Below, in pieces: positions 1 through 13,600 of a DNA stretch of 64,000 bases (the stretch's first letter is position 1; every line of letters starts with the position of its first letter). A program made the translations under genes and the position numbers. The notes beneath the pieces are model-generated. The model was not told the origin of the DNA. It was given only the letters and a program-made list of their open reading frames with translations, and did no database searches. Location: assembly GCF_009914755.1 (NCBI RefSeq), contig NC_060940.1. One strand, given 5' to 3'. Source of the DNA: the human T2T-CHM13v2.0 reference genome, Homo sapiens.

Positions 1-556
1 TCGATGATCCACTTGATTCCACTTGACGACGATTCCATTCGTGTCCATTCAATGATTCCATTTGATTCCATATGATGATGATTCCATTCGATTCCATACG
101 ATGATGATTCCATTCGAGTCCATTCAATGGTGATTCCATTCAATTCCATTCGATGATTCCTTTCGATTCCATTCGATGATGATGGCATTCGATTCCTTTC
201 AATCATTCCCTTTGATTGCATTCAAAGGTGATTTCACTCAAGTCCATTCGATAATTGCATTCGATTCCATTTTATGATGATTCCATTCGAGTCCATTTGA
301 TGATTCCATTCAATTCAAGTCAATGATGATTCCATTCGATTCCATTCGATGATTCCATTGGATTCCATTCGATGATGATTCCATTCAAATCCATTCGATA
401 ATTCAATTCAAGTCCATTCGATGATGATTAAAATCGAATCCATTCAAAGATTCCATTCAGTTCCATTCGATGATTCCCTTAGATTCCATTCGATGATTCC
501 ACTTGATTTCATTTACGATGATTCCATTCGATTCCATGTGATGATTCCATTCAATT

Positions 557-3500
557 CTATTCAATGCTGTTTCCATTTCTTTCCATTCGACCATGATTGC
601 CTTTGATTCCATTCAATGACTCCATTCGGTTCCTTTTGATGATGATTCCGTTCGATTCCATTTCATTATTCCATTTGATTCCATTGGATGAGTCCATTCG
701 ATTACATTCGATGATTATTCCATTCGAGTGCATTAGATGATTCCATTCGAGTCCATTCGATGATTCCATTCGATTCCATTCGATGTTGATTCTGTTCAAA
801 TCCATTCGATGATTCCACTCGATTCCATTCGATGACTCCAGTTGATCCCATTCGATGATTTCCTTTGATTCCCTTTGATGATCATTCCATTTGATTCAAT
901 TCGGTGATTTCATTTGATTCCATTCAGTGATGTTTCCATTCGACTCCATTCGATGATGATTCCATTCGACTCCATTCGATTATGATTTCATTCAATTCCA
1001 TTCGATAATGATTCCCTTCGAGTCCATTCGATGATTCCATTCGATTCCATTCAACGATGATTTGATTCGTGTCCATTCGATGATTCCATTTGATTCCACT
1101 TGATGATGATTCCATTCGAGTCCATTTGATGATTCCATTCAATTCCATTCTCCGATGATTTCTTTTGAGCCCATTCAATGCTTCCACTCGATTCCATATG
1201 ATGATGACTCCATTCGATGAAATTCGATGATGATTCCATTCGCTTGCATTCGATGATGATTCCACTTGAGTCCATTAGAAGATTCTATTCAATGTTATTC
1301 GATGATTCCATTCGATCTCATTCGATGATGATTCCATTCAACTCCATTCGATGTTTCCATTCGAGTTCATTCTATTATTCCATTAGATTCCATTCGATGA
1401 TGATTCCATTCGATTCCATTTGATGATTGCATTCTATTTCATTTGATGATGATTCCATTCGAGTCCACTCGATGATTCCATTCGAGTCCATTTAATGAAT
1501 CCATTGGTTTCAATTCTATGATGATTACATTGGATTCCATTCGTTGATGATTTCATTCGGTTCCATTCAATGATGATTCAATTCAATTCCTTTCAATGTT
1601 TCCATTCAATTCCATACGATGATTATTCCATTTGATTTGATTCGACAGTGAGCCATTCGATTCAATTCCATGATGATTCTATTTGATTCCATTGGTTGAC
1701 ATTTCCATTCGATTCCATTCGATGATGATTCCCTTTGATTCCATTCAAAGATGATTCCATTCTAGCCCATTCAATCATTCCATTCGATTCTATTCAATGA
1801 TGATTCCATTCATGTCGATTTGGTGATTCCATTTGACTTCATTTGATGATGATTCCTTTCAAGTTCATTAGATGATTCCATTCGATTCCATTTGATGATG
1901 ATCCCATTCGAGTCCATTCAGTGATTCCACTCGTTTCCATTCCATGATGATTCCATTCCATTCCATGCAATGATTCCATTCGATTCCGTTTGATGATGAT
2001 TTCATTCGAGTCCATTTGATGATTCCATTTGATTCCATTCGATGATGATTCCATTCGAGTCCATTCGATGATTCTATTCGAATCCATTTGATGATTTCTT
2101 TTGATTATAGTTGGTGATGATTCCATTGGAGTCCATTCAATGATTCCATTCGATTCCAATCGATGGTGATTCCATTAGAGTCCATTTAATGATTCCATTT
2201 GATTCCAGTCTCTGATGATTACATTTGAGTCCATACGATGATTCCACTCAATTCCATATGATGATGATTCCATTCGATTCCATTCGATGATTCCATTCTA
2301 TTCTATTCAATGGTGATTCCATTCGAGTACATTAGATGATTCCATTCGATTCCATTCAATGATGATTCTATTTGTGTCCCTTAGATGATTCCACATGATT
2401 CCATTAGATGATGATACTATTTGAGCCCATCCAATGATTCCCTTCGATTCCATTCGATGAGGATTCCATTCGATTCAATTCATTGGTGATTCTATTCAAT
2501 TCAATTCTTTGATTCCATTCCATTCCATTCGACAATGATTCCATTCGATTTCTTTCGATGATTCCACTCGATTCCACTTGACATTGATTCCCTTCGATTC
2601 CATTCAATGATTCCATTTGATTCCAGTGGATGATGATTGCCATCGATTCCATTTGATCACTCCATTCTATTCCACTTGATGATGATTACATTCGATTCCA
2701 TTTGACGATTCCATCTGATTCTATTCGAGGATTCCATTTGATTCCATTCGATGATGATTCCATTCGAGTCCATTCGATGATATCATTCGAGTACATCCAA
2801 TGATTCCATTCGAGTCCATTTGATGATTCCATTTGATTCCATTTGATAATGATTCTACTAGAGTCCATTCAATGACTCCATTGGAGTCCATTCAACAATT
2901 CCATTCGACTCCATTTGATGATTCCATTGGATTCCATTTGATGATTCCATTCGAGTCCATTTAATCATTACAGTCGAGTCCATTTGGTGATTCCACCGGA
3001 TTTCTTTTGATAATGATACCATTCAATTACATTTGATGATGATCCCATTCAATTTCATTTGATGATGATTCCATTAGAGTCCATTCGATGATTTCATTCG
3101 AGTCCCTTCATTGATTCCATCCGATTTCATTGGATGATGACTCCATTCGAGTCCATTCGATGATTCCACTCGATTCCATTAGATGATTCCATTGGAGTCC
3201 ATTTGATTGTTCCATTCGATTCCATTCGATTCCTTTCGAAGATTATTCCATTTGAGTCCATTCGATGATGATTCCATTCCATTCCATTCGATGATTCCGT
3301 TTGATTCCATTCGATGATTCCCTTCGATTCCTTTCTTTGATGATTCCATTCCATTCCATTCAATGATTCCATTCGAATCTATTCCATGATGATTCCTTTC
3401 GATTCCATTCGCTGATGTTTCCGTTCAATTCCATTCGATGATGATTCCATTCGATTCCATTCATTGAGGATTCCATTTGATTCCATTCAATGATGATTCC

Positions 3501-6500
3501 GTTCTATTCTATTCAATGATTGCATTCAATTCCATTCAGTGATTATCCCCTTAGAGTAAACTCAACGATTCCATTCAATACCATTCGATGATGATTCCTT
3601 TTGAGTCCATTCAATGATTTCATTCAAGTCCATTTGATGATTCCTTTCAATTCCATTCTATGATGATTCCATTCGAGTCCATTCGATGATTCCATTCGAT
3701 TGCATTCGATGATTCCATTATATTCCAGTCAACAATGAATCCATTCGAGTCCATTCGATGATTCCATTAGAGTACATTTAATGATTGCTTTGTTTTCAAT
3801 TCGAAGATGATTACATTGGATTCCATTCTATGATACCATTCGATTCCATTCAATGATGATTCCACTCAAATCCATTGGATGATTCCATTCGTGTCCATTC
3901 GGTGATTTCCTTAGATTCCATTCGAGGATGATTCCATTCGATTCCATTCGATGATTCCATTCAATTCCATTCGAGGATGATTCCATTCCAGTCCATATGA
4001 TCATTCCATTTGATTTCATTCGATGATGATTCCATTCGATTCCATTCGATGATTCCATTCTATTCCATTCGATGATGATTCCATTCGAGTCCATTCGATG
4101 ATTCCATTCGAGTCCATTTAATGATTCCATTGGGTTCAATTCAATGATGATTACATTGGATTCCGTTCTATGATTCCATTCAATTCCGTTCATTGACAAT
4201 TTGATTCCATTCGATGATGATTCCATTTGAGTTCATTCGATGATTCTATTCGATTCTCTTCGATGGTGATTCAATTCTATTATATTGGATGATTCCATTC
4301 GATTCCATTTGATGTTGATTCAATTCGATTCTATTCGATGATGATTCCATTGGATTTCACTTGATGATTCTATTCGATTCCATTCAATGATGATTCACTT
4401 CTCGTCCATTGGATGATTCCATTTCATTCCATTCGATGATGATTCCATTCGATTCCATTCGATGATTCCATTTGATTCCATGCGTCGGTGAGCAATTCGA
4501 TTCAATTCCATGATGATTCTATTTGATTCAATTAGATGATGTTTCCATTCGAATCCATTCCATGATTATTCCATTGGAATCCATTCGGCGATGATTCCAT
4601 ATGAGTCAATTCAATGATGATTCCATATGGGTCCGTTCGATGATAATTCCATTTGATTTCATTCGGTGCTTCTATTCAATTCCAGTCGATGATGATTCCG
4701 TTGGAGTCCATACGATGATTCCATTTGATTTCATTTGATGATGATTCCATTCGATGATGATTACATTGGATTCCATTCTATGATTCCATTCAATTCCATT
4801 CGTTGATGATTCGATTCCATTCAATGATGATTCCATTTGAGTTCATTCGATGATTCTATTCGATTCCGTTCGATGGTGATTCAATTCTCTTATATTGGAT
4901 GATTCCACTCGATTCCATTTGATGATTATTCCATTGCAGTCCACTTAGGGAATCCTTCAGATTCTTCTCGAAGATGAATCCATTCAAGTCCATTCAATCA
5001 TACCATTCAATTTCATTCGTTGATGCTTCCATTCAAGTGCATTCGATGATATCATTCGATTCCATTTGATGATAATTCCATTTGATTCCATGCGATGATT
5101 CTATTCGATTCCATTCAATGATAATTCCATTCAGTTCAGTGATTCCTCTGAACTCCATTTGATGATGATTCCATTCAATGATTCCATTCGATTCTATTCC
5201 AAAATGATTCCATTTGAATCCATTTGATGATGATTCCATTAGATTCCATTTGATGATTCCATTCGATTCCATGCGACGATGATTCCATTCAATTCCATGT
5301 GATGATTCCATTCTATTCTATTCGATGATGATTCCATTCGATTCCATTCGATGATGATTGGATTCGATTCCATTTGATGATTTCATTTGATTCCATTCGT
5401 TAATGATTTCGATCAATTCCATTCGATGATTCCATTCGATTCCATTCGATAATGATTACATCCGTGTCCATTCAATGATTCCATTTGAGCCTGTTCGATA
5501 ATTCCATTTGAGTCCAACCAATGATTCCATTCATTTCCCTTCAATGATTCCATTCGAGTCCATTTGATCATTCCGGTAGGGTCCATTCGATGTTGATTCC
5601 ATTGGAGTGCATTCGATGATTCCATTCGAGTCTATTTTATGATTTGATTCGAGTCCTTTCGATGATTCCATTCGATTCCACTCGATGATGATTTCATTCG
5701 AGTCCATTCGACACTTCCAATCGATTCCATTTGATGTTTCCATTCGAGTCCAATTGATGATTCCATTCAATTCCATTCGATGATGATTCCGTACGATTCC
5801 ATTCTGTGATGATTCCATGTGATTGCATTCAATGATGATTCCTTTAGATTGCATTCGATTGTGATTCATTTCGTCTTCATTCTATGGTTCCACTGGTTTC
5901 CATTCGTGTCCATTCCATTATTCCATTCTATTCCATTTGATGATGATTCCATTCGATTCCATTCATTGGTGATTCCACTCAATTCCATTCAATGATTCCA
6001 TTCCATTTCTTTCAACAATGATTCCATTACTTTCTAATCGATGATCCACTTGATTCCATTTGACGACGATTCCATTCTTGTCCATTCGATGATTCCATTT
6101 GATTCCATATGATGATGATTCCATTCGATTCCATACCATGATGATTCCATTCGAGTCCATTCAATGGTGATTCCATTCAATTCCATTCGATGATTCCTTT
6201 TGATTCCATTCGATGATGATGGCATTCGATTCCTTTCAATCATACCCTTTGATTCCATTCAAAGGTGATTTCATTCAAGTCCATTCGATAATTGCATTCG
6301 ATTCCATTCTATGATGATTCCATTCGAGTCCATTTGATGATTCCATTCAATTCAAGTCAATGATGATTCCATTCGATTCCATTCGATGATTCCATTGGAT
6401 TCCATTCGATGATGATTCCATTCAAATCCATTCGATAATTCAATTCAAGTCCATTCGATGATGATTAAAATCGAATCCATTCAAAGATTCCATTCAGTTC

Positions 6501-6593
6501 CATTCGATGATTCCCTTAGATTCCATTCGATGATTCCACTTGATTTCATTTACGATGATTCCATTTGATTCCATGTGATGATTCCATTCAATT
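557..6593 (+). repeat. 6.1-kb higher-order unit, copy 1 (6,037 bp = 6,112 minus a 75-bp deletion at ~1291)
   Basis: Landmark CTATTCAATGCTGTTTCC recurs at 557 and 6594. Internal landmarks (1839, 2404, 3127, 3828, 5033, 5531) all map to the copy at 38682 at a constant 38,200-bp offset after the 75-bp gap. Confidence 0.85.
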
Positions 6594-9500
6594 CTATTCA
6601 ATGCTGTTTCCATTTGATTCCATTCGACCATGATTGCCTTTGATTCCATTCAATGACTCCATTCGGTTCCTTTTGATGATGATTCCGTTCGATTCCATTT
6701 CATTATTCCATTTGATTCCATTGGATGAGTCCATTCGATTACATTCGATGATTATTCCATTCGAGTGCATAAGATGATTCCATTCGAGTCCATTCGATGA
6801 TTCCATTCGATTCCATTCGATGTTGATTCTGTTCAAATCCATTCGATGATTCCACTCGATTCCATTCAGTGATGATTCCATTTGATTCCATCTGATGATG
6901 ATTTCATTTGATTCCATTCGATGATGATTCCATTGGAGTCCATTGAATGATTCAATTCAATTCCATTCCATGTGGATTCCATTCGAATTCATTCGATTAT
7001 TCCATTCAAATCCCTTCGTTGATTCCATCTGATTCCACTTGACGATGATTCCATTCAAGTCCAATCGATGATTCAATTCGGTTCCATTCAGTGATTCCAT
7101 TCGAGTCCATTTATGTATTATATTCGTGTCCACTTGATGACTCACTCCATTCAATTCCATTTAATGATGATTCCATTTGATTCCATTTGATGATTCAGTT
7201 CGATTCCTTACAATGATTCCCTACGATTCCTTTCTATGATGATTCCATTCGATTCCATTCATTGATGATTCCATTCGACTCCATTCGATGATGATTCCTT
7301 TCGATTCCATTTGACGATGTTTCCATTTGAGTCCATTCGATGATGATTCAATTCAGTTCTGTTCTATTATGAATCCATTCGATTTCATTCAATGCTTCTA
7401 TTTGATTCCATTCGACGATGATTCCATCTCTTTCCCTTCGATGTTTCCATTTGATTCCATTCAGTGATGATTCCATTTGATTCCATCTGATGATGATTTC
7501 ACTTGATTCATTTCAATGATGATTCCATTCAAGTCCATTCGATGATTCCATTGGAGTCCAAACGATCATTCCATTCGATTCCATTCAATGATGATTCCAT
7601 TCATGTCCATTCAATGAATCCTTTCAATTCCATTCGATGATGACTCCATTCGAGTACATTCGATGATTCCATTTGATTCCATTTGATGATGATTACATTC
7701 AATTCCATTCGAAGATGATTCCATTCAATTCCACTTGATGATGATTCCGTATGAATCCATTCGCTGATTATTCCATTCGATTCCATTCATTGACGATTCC
7801 ATTTGATTCCATTCAATGATGATGCTCTTCTATTCCATTCGATGATTCCGGTCGATTCCATTCGATGATGATTCCATTAGATTCCATTCGATTGTTGCAT
7901 TCGATTCCCTTCGATGATGATTCCTTTGAATTCCATTCGATTATGATTCCGTATGAATCCATTTGATGATTATTCCATTGGATTCCTTTCGATGATGATT
8001 CCATTCGATTCCATTTGATGATGTTTCTCATGTATTCCATTTGATAATTCCTTTCAATTCCCTTCGATGATGATTCTTTCGAGTCAATTCGATGATTCTA
8101 TTCCATTCCCTTCGATGATGATTCCATTTCACTCCATTCGATGATTCCATTCGATTCAATTTGGTGATGATTCAATTCGATGACATTCGATGACTCCATT
8201 CAATTTCATTTGATGATGATTACATTCGAGTCCATTTGATGATTGTATTCCTTTCCTTTTGATGATTATTCCATTCGTGTCTATTCAAAGATTCCATTCT
8301 ATTCCATTCAATGATGATTCCAATTGATTCCATTCAATGATTATGGCTATCGATTCCACTCGTTGATTCCATTTGATTCCATTCGATGATTATTCCGTTA
8401 GATTCCATTAGGAGATTCCATTCGATTTTATTCAATGATTCCAATTGATTCCATTCAATGATGATTCCATTCGACTCCATTCAGTGATTCCATTTGAGTC
8501 CATTTGATGATTCCATTCGAGTCCATTTGATGATTCCATTCTTTTCCATTTGATGATGATTCCATTAGGGTCCATTCAATGATTCCATTCGAGTCCATTC
8601 GTTAATGCCTTTCGAGTCCTTTTGATCACTACATTCGAGTCCATTCAATGATTCTATTCGATTCCATTCCATGATGATTCCATTCGAGTTCATTCGATGA
8701 TTGCATTCGAGTCCATTTGATGATTCCATAAGATTCCATTCGACAATGATTCCATTCGTGTCCATTTGATGATTCCATTCATTTCCTATCGATGAAGATT
8801 CCATTCGAGTGTATTCGATGATTCCATTCAAATCCATTCGATGATGATTCCATTCCAGTCCATTCGATCATTCCACTTGATTCCATTTGATGACTATTCC
8901 ATTCAAATCCATTTGATGATTCCATTCGATTCCATTCGATGTTACCATTCCAGTATATACGATGATTCCACTCGATTCCATTTGATGATTATTCCATTGG
9001 AGTCGACTTAGTGAATCCTTTAGATTCTACTCGAAGATGATTCCATTCGAGTCCATTCGATGATACCATTCAATTCCATTCGTTGATGCTTCCATTCAAG
9101 TGCATTCGATGATATCATTCGATTCCATTTGATGATAATTCCATTTGATTCCATGTGATGATTCTATTCCATTCCATTCAATGATAATTCCATTCAATTC
9201 AGTGATTCCTCTGGACTCCATTTGATGATGATTCCATTCAATGATTCCATTCGATTCTATTCGAAAATGATTCCATTTGAATCCATTTGATGATGATTCC
9301 ATTCGATTCCATTTGATGATTCCATTCGATTCCATTCGACGATGATTCCATTCGATTCCATTTGATGATTCCATTCTATTCTATTCGATGATGATTCCAT
9401 TCGATTCCATTCGATGATGATTGGATTCGATTCCATTTGATGATTTCATTTGATTCCATTCGATGATGATTTCGATCAATTCCATTCGATGATTCCATTC

Positions 9501-10661
9501 GATTCCATTTGATAATGATTACATCCGAGTCCATTCGATGATTCCATTTGAGCCCGTTCGATAATTCCATTTGAGTCCAATCAATGATTCCATTCATTTC
9601 CATTCAATGATTCCATTCGAGTCCATTTGATCATTCCGGTAGGGTCCGTTCGATGTTGATTCCATTGGAGTGCATTCGATGATTCCATTCGAGTCCATTT
9701 TAGGATTTGATTCGAGTCCTTTCGATGATTCCATTCGATTCCACTCGATGCGATGATGATTTCATTCGAGTCCATTCGACACTTCCAATCGATTCCATTT
9801 GATGTTTCCATTCGAGTCCAATTGATGATTCCATTCAATTCCATTCGATGATGATTCCGTACGATTCCATTCTGTGATGATTCCATGTGATTGCATTCAA
9901 TGATGATTTCTTTCGATTGCATTCGATTATGATTCATTTCGTGTTCATTCTATGGTTCCACAGGTTTCACATCGTGTCCATTCCATTATTCCATTCTATT
10001 CCATTTGATGATGATTCCATTCGATTCCATTCATTGGTGATTCCACTCAATTCCATTCAATGATTCCATTCCATTTCTTTCAACAATGATTCCATTAGTT
10101 TCTAATCGATGATCCACTTGATTCCATTTGACGATGATTCCATTCTTGTCCATTCGATGATTCCATTTGATTCCATATGATGATGATTCCATTAGATTCC
10201 ATACGATGATGATTCCATTCGAGTCCATTCAATGGTGATTCCATTCAATTCCATTCGATGATTCCTTTCGATTCCATTTGATGATGATGGCATTCGATTC
10301 CTTTCAATCATTCCCTTTGATTCCACTCAAAGGTGATTTCATTCAAGTCCATTCGATAATTGCATTCGATTCCATTCTATGATGATTCCATTCGAGTCCA
10401 TTTGATGATTCCATTCAATTCAAGTCAATGATGATTCCATTCGATTCCATTCGATGATTCCATTGGATTCCATTCGATGATGATTCCATTCAAATCCATT
10501 CGATAATTCAATTCACGTCCATTCGATGATGATTCCAATCGAATCCATTCAAAGATTCCATTCAATTCCATTCGATGATTCCCTTAGATTCCATTCGATG
10601 ATTCCACTTGATTCCATTTACGATGATTCCATTAGATTCCATGTGATGATTCCATTCAATT
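6594..10661 (+). repeat. 4.1-kb higher-order unit, junction type 1 (4,068 bp)
   Basis: Landmark spacings 6594->10662 and 5963->10031 are both 4,068 bp. The unit contains the modules TTTATGTATTATATTCG (7090), TTATGGCTATCG (8341) and GTTAATGCCTTTCG (8601), which are absent from the 6.1-kb unit. Confidence 0.8.
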
Positions 10662-13600
10662 CTATTCAATGATGTTTCCATTTGATTCCATTCGACCATG
10701 ATTGCCTTTGATTCCATTCAATGATTCCATTCGGTTCCGTTTGATGATGATTCCGTTCGATTCCATTTGATGATTCCATTTGATTCCATTGGATGAGTCC
10801 ATTCGATTACATTCGATGATTATTCCATTCGAGTGCATTAGATGATTCCATTCGAGTCCATTCGATGATTCCATTCGAGTCCATTCGATGATTCCATTCG
10901 ATTCCATTCGATGTTGATTCTGTTCAAATCCATTCGATGATTCCACTCGATTCCATTCGATGACTCCATTTGATCCCATTCGATGATTTCCTTTGATTCC
11001 CTTTGATGATCATTCCATTTGATTCAATTCGGTGATTTCATTGGATTCCATTCAGTGATGTTTCCATTCGACTCCATTCGATGATGATTCCATTCGACTA
11101 CATTCGATTATGATTTCATTCAATTCCATTCGATAAAGATTCCCTTCGAGTCCAATCGATGATTCCATTCGATTCCATTCAACGATGATTTGATTCGTGT
11201 CCATTCGATGATTCCATTTGATTCCACTTGATGAGGATTCCATTCGAGTCCATTTGATGATTCCATTCAATTCCATTCTCCGATGATTTCTTTTGAGCCC
11301 ATTCAATGCTTCCACTCGATTCCATATGATGATGACTCCATTCGATGAAACTCGATGATGATTCCATTCGCTTGCATTCGATGATGATTCCACTTGAGTC
11401 CGTTAGAAGATTCTATTCAATTACATTCCATGACGATTCCGTTCGAGTCCATTTGATGATTCCATTAGACTCCATTCCACGATGATTCCATTCGATGTTA
11501 TTCGATGATTCCATTCGATCTCATTCGTTGATGATTCCATTCAACTCCATTCGATGTTTCCATTCGAGTTCATTCTATTATTCCATTAGATTCCATTCGA
11601 TGATGATTCCATTCGATTCCATTTGATGATTGCATTCTATTTCATTTGATGAGGATTCCATTCGAGTCCACTCGATGATTCCATTCGAGTCCATTTAATG
11701 AATCCATTGGTTTCAATTCTATGATGATTACATTGGATTCCATTCGTTGATGATTTCATTCGGTTCCATTCAATGATGATTCCATTCAATTCCTTTCAAT
11801 GTTTCCATTCAATTCCATACGATGATGATTCCATTTGATTTGATTCGACAGTGAGCCATTCGATTCAATTCCATGATGATTCTATTTGATTCACTTGGTT
11901 GACATTTCCATTCGATTCCATTCGATGATGATTCCATTTGATTCCATTCAAAGATGATTCCATTCTAGCCCATTCAATCATTCCATTCGATTCTATTCAA
12001 TGATGATTCCATTCATGTCGATTTGGTGATTCAATTTGACTTCATTTGATGATGATTCCTTTCAAGTTCATTAGATGATTCCATTCGATTCCATTTGATG
12101 ATGATCCCATTCGAGTCCATTCAGTGATTCCACTCGTTTCCATTCCATGATGATTCCATTCCATTCCATTCAATGATTCCATTCGATTCCGTTTGATGAT
12201 GATTTCATTCGAGTCCATTTGATGATTCCATTTGATTCCATTCGATGATGATTCCATTCGAGTCCATTCGATGATTCTATTCGAATCCATTTGATGATTT
12301 CTTTTGATTATATTTGGTGATGATTCCATTGGAGTCCATTCAATGATTCCATTCGATTCCAATCGATGATGATTCCATTAGAGTCCATTTAATGATTCCA
12401 TTTGATTCCAGTCTCTGATGTTTACATTCGAGTCCATACGATGATTCCACTCAATTCCATATGATGATGATTCCATTCGATTCCATTCGATGATTCCATT
12501 CTATTCTATTCAATGGTGATTCCATTCGAGTACATTAGATGATTCCATTCGATTCCATTCAATGATGATTCTATTTGTGTCCCTTAGATGATTCCACATG
12601 ATTCCATTAGATGATGATACTATTTGAGCCCATCCAATGATTCCCTTCGATTCCATTCGATGAGGATTCCATTCGATTCAATTCATTGGTGATTCTATTC
12701 AATTCAATTCTTTGATTCAATTCCATTCCATTCGACAATGATTCCATTCGATTTCTTTCGATGATTCCACTCAATTTCACTTGACATTGATTCCATTCGA
12801 TTCCATTCAATGATTCCATTTGATTCCAGTGGATGATGATTGCCGTCGATTCCATTCGATCACTCCATTCTGTTCCATTTGATGATGATTACATTCGATT
12901 CCATTTGATGATTCCATCTGACTCTATTCGAGGATTCCATTTGATTCCATTCGATGATGATTCCATTCGAGTCCATTCGATGATTTCATTCGAGTACATC
13001 CAATGATTCCATTCGAGTCCATTTGATGATTCCATTTCATTCCATTTGATTATGATTCTACTAGAGTCCATTCAATGACTCCATTCGAGTCCATTCAACA
13101 GTTCCATCCGAGTCCATTCGATGATTCCATTCGATTCCATTTGATGATTCCATTTGAGTCCATTTAATCATTACAGTCGAGTCCATTTGGTGATTCCACT
13201 GGATTTCTTTTGATAATGATACCATTCAATTACATTTGATGATGATCCCATTCAATTTCATTTGATGATGATTCCATTAGAGTCCATTCCATGATTTCAT
13301 TCGAGTCCCTTCATTGATTCCATCCGATTTCATTTCATGATGACTCCATTCGAGTCCATTCGATGATTCCACTCGATTCCATTAGATGATTCCATTGGAG
13401 TCCATTTGATTGTTCCATTCGATTCCATTCGATTCCTTTCGAAGATTATTCCATTTGAGTCCATTCGATGATGATTCCATTCCATTCCATTCGATGATTC
13501 CGTTTGATTCCATTCGATGATTCCCTGCGATTCCTTTCTATGATGATTCCATTCCATTCCATTCAATGATTCCATTCGAATCTATTCCATGATGATTCCT

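Noticed and set aside
3270-3362. CATTCCATTCC runs as HSat3 or TEAD-site clusters
   Set aside because: There are only about three consecutive pentamers, arising from CG>CC changes within HSat2 monomers. That is too short to call HSat3 or a regulatory element.
5865-5925. Atypical patch TTCGTGTTCATTCTATGGTTCCACAGGTTTCC (consensus of the other copies) as a possible foreign insert or CENP-B box
   Set aside because: It remains alignable to decayed monomers, is present in every copy of the module, and does not match the CENP-B box core TTCG....A..CGGG.
7088-7112. AT-rich TTTATGTATTATATTCG resembling a TATA element
   Set aside because: It aligns in register to TTCGATGATTCCATTCG as a mutated monomer and has no other promoter context. 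It is useful only as a landmark.
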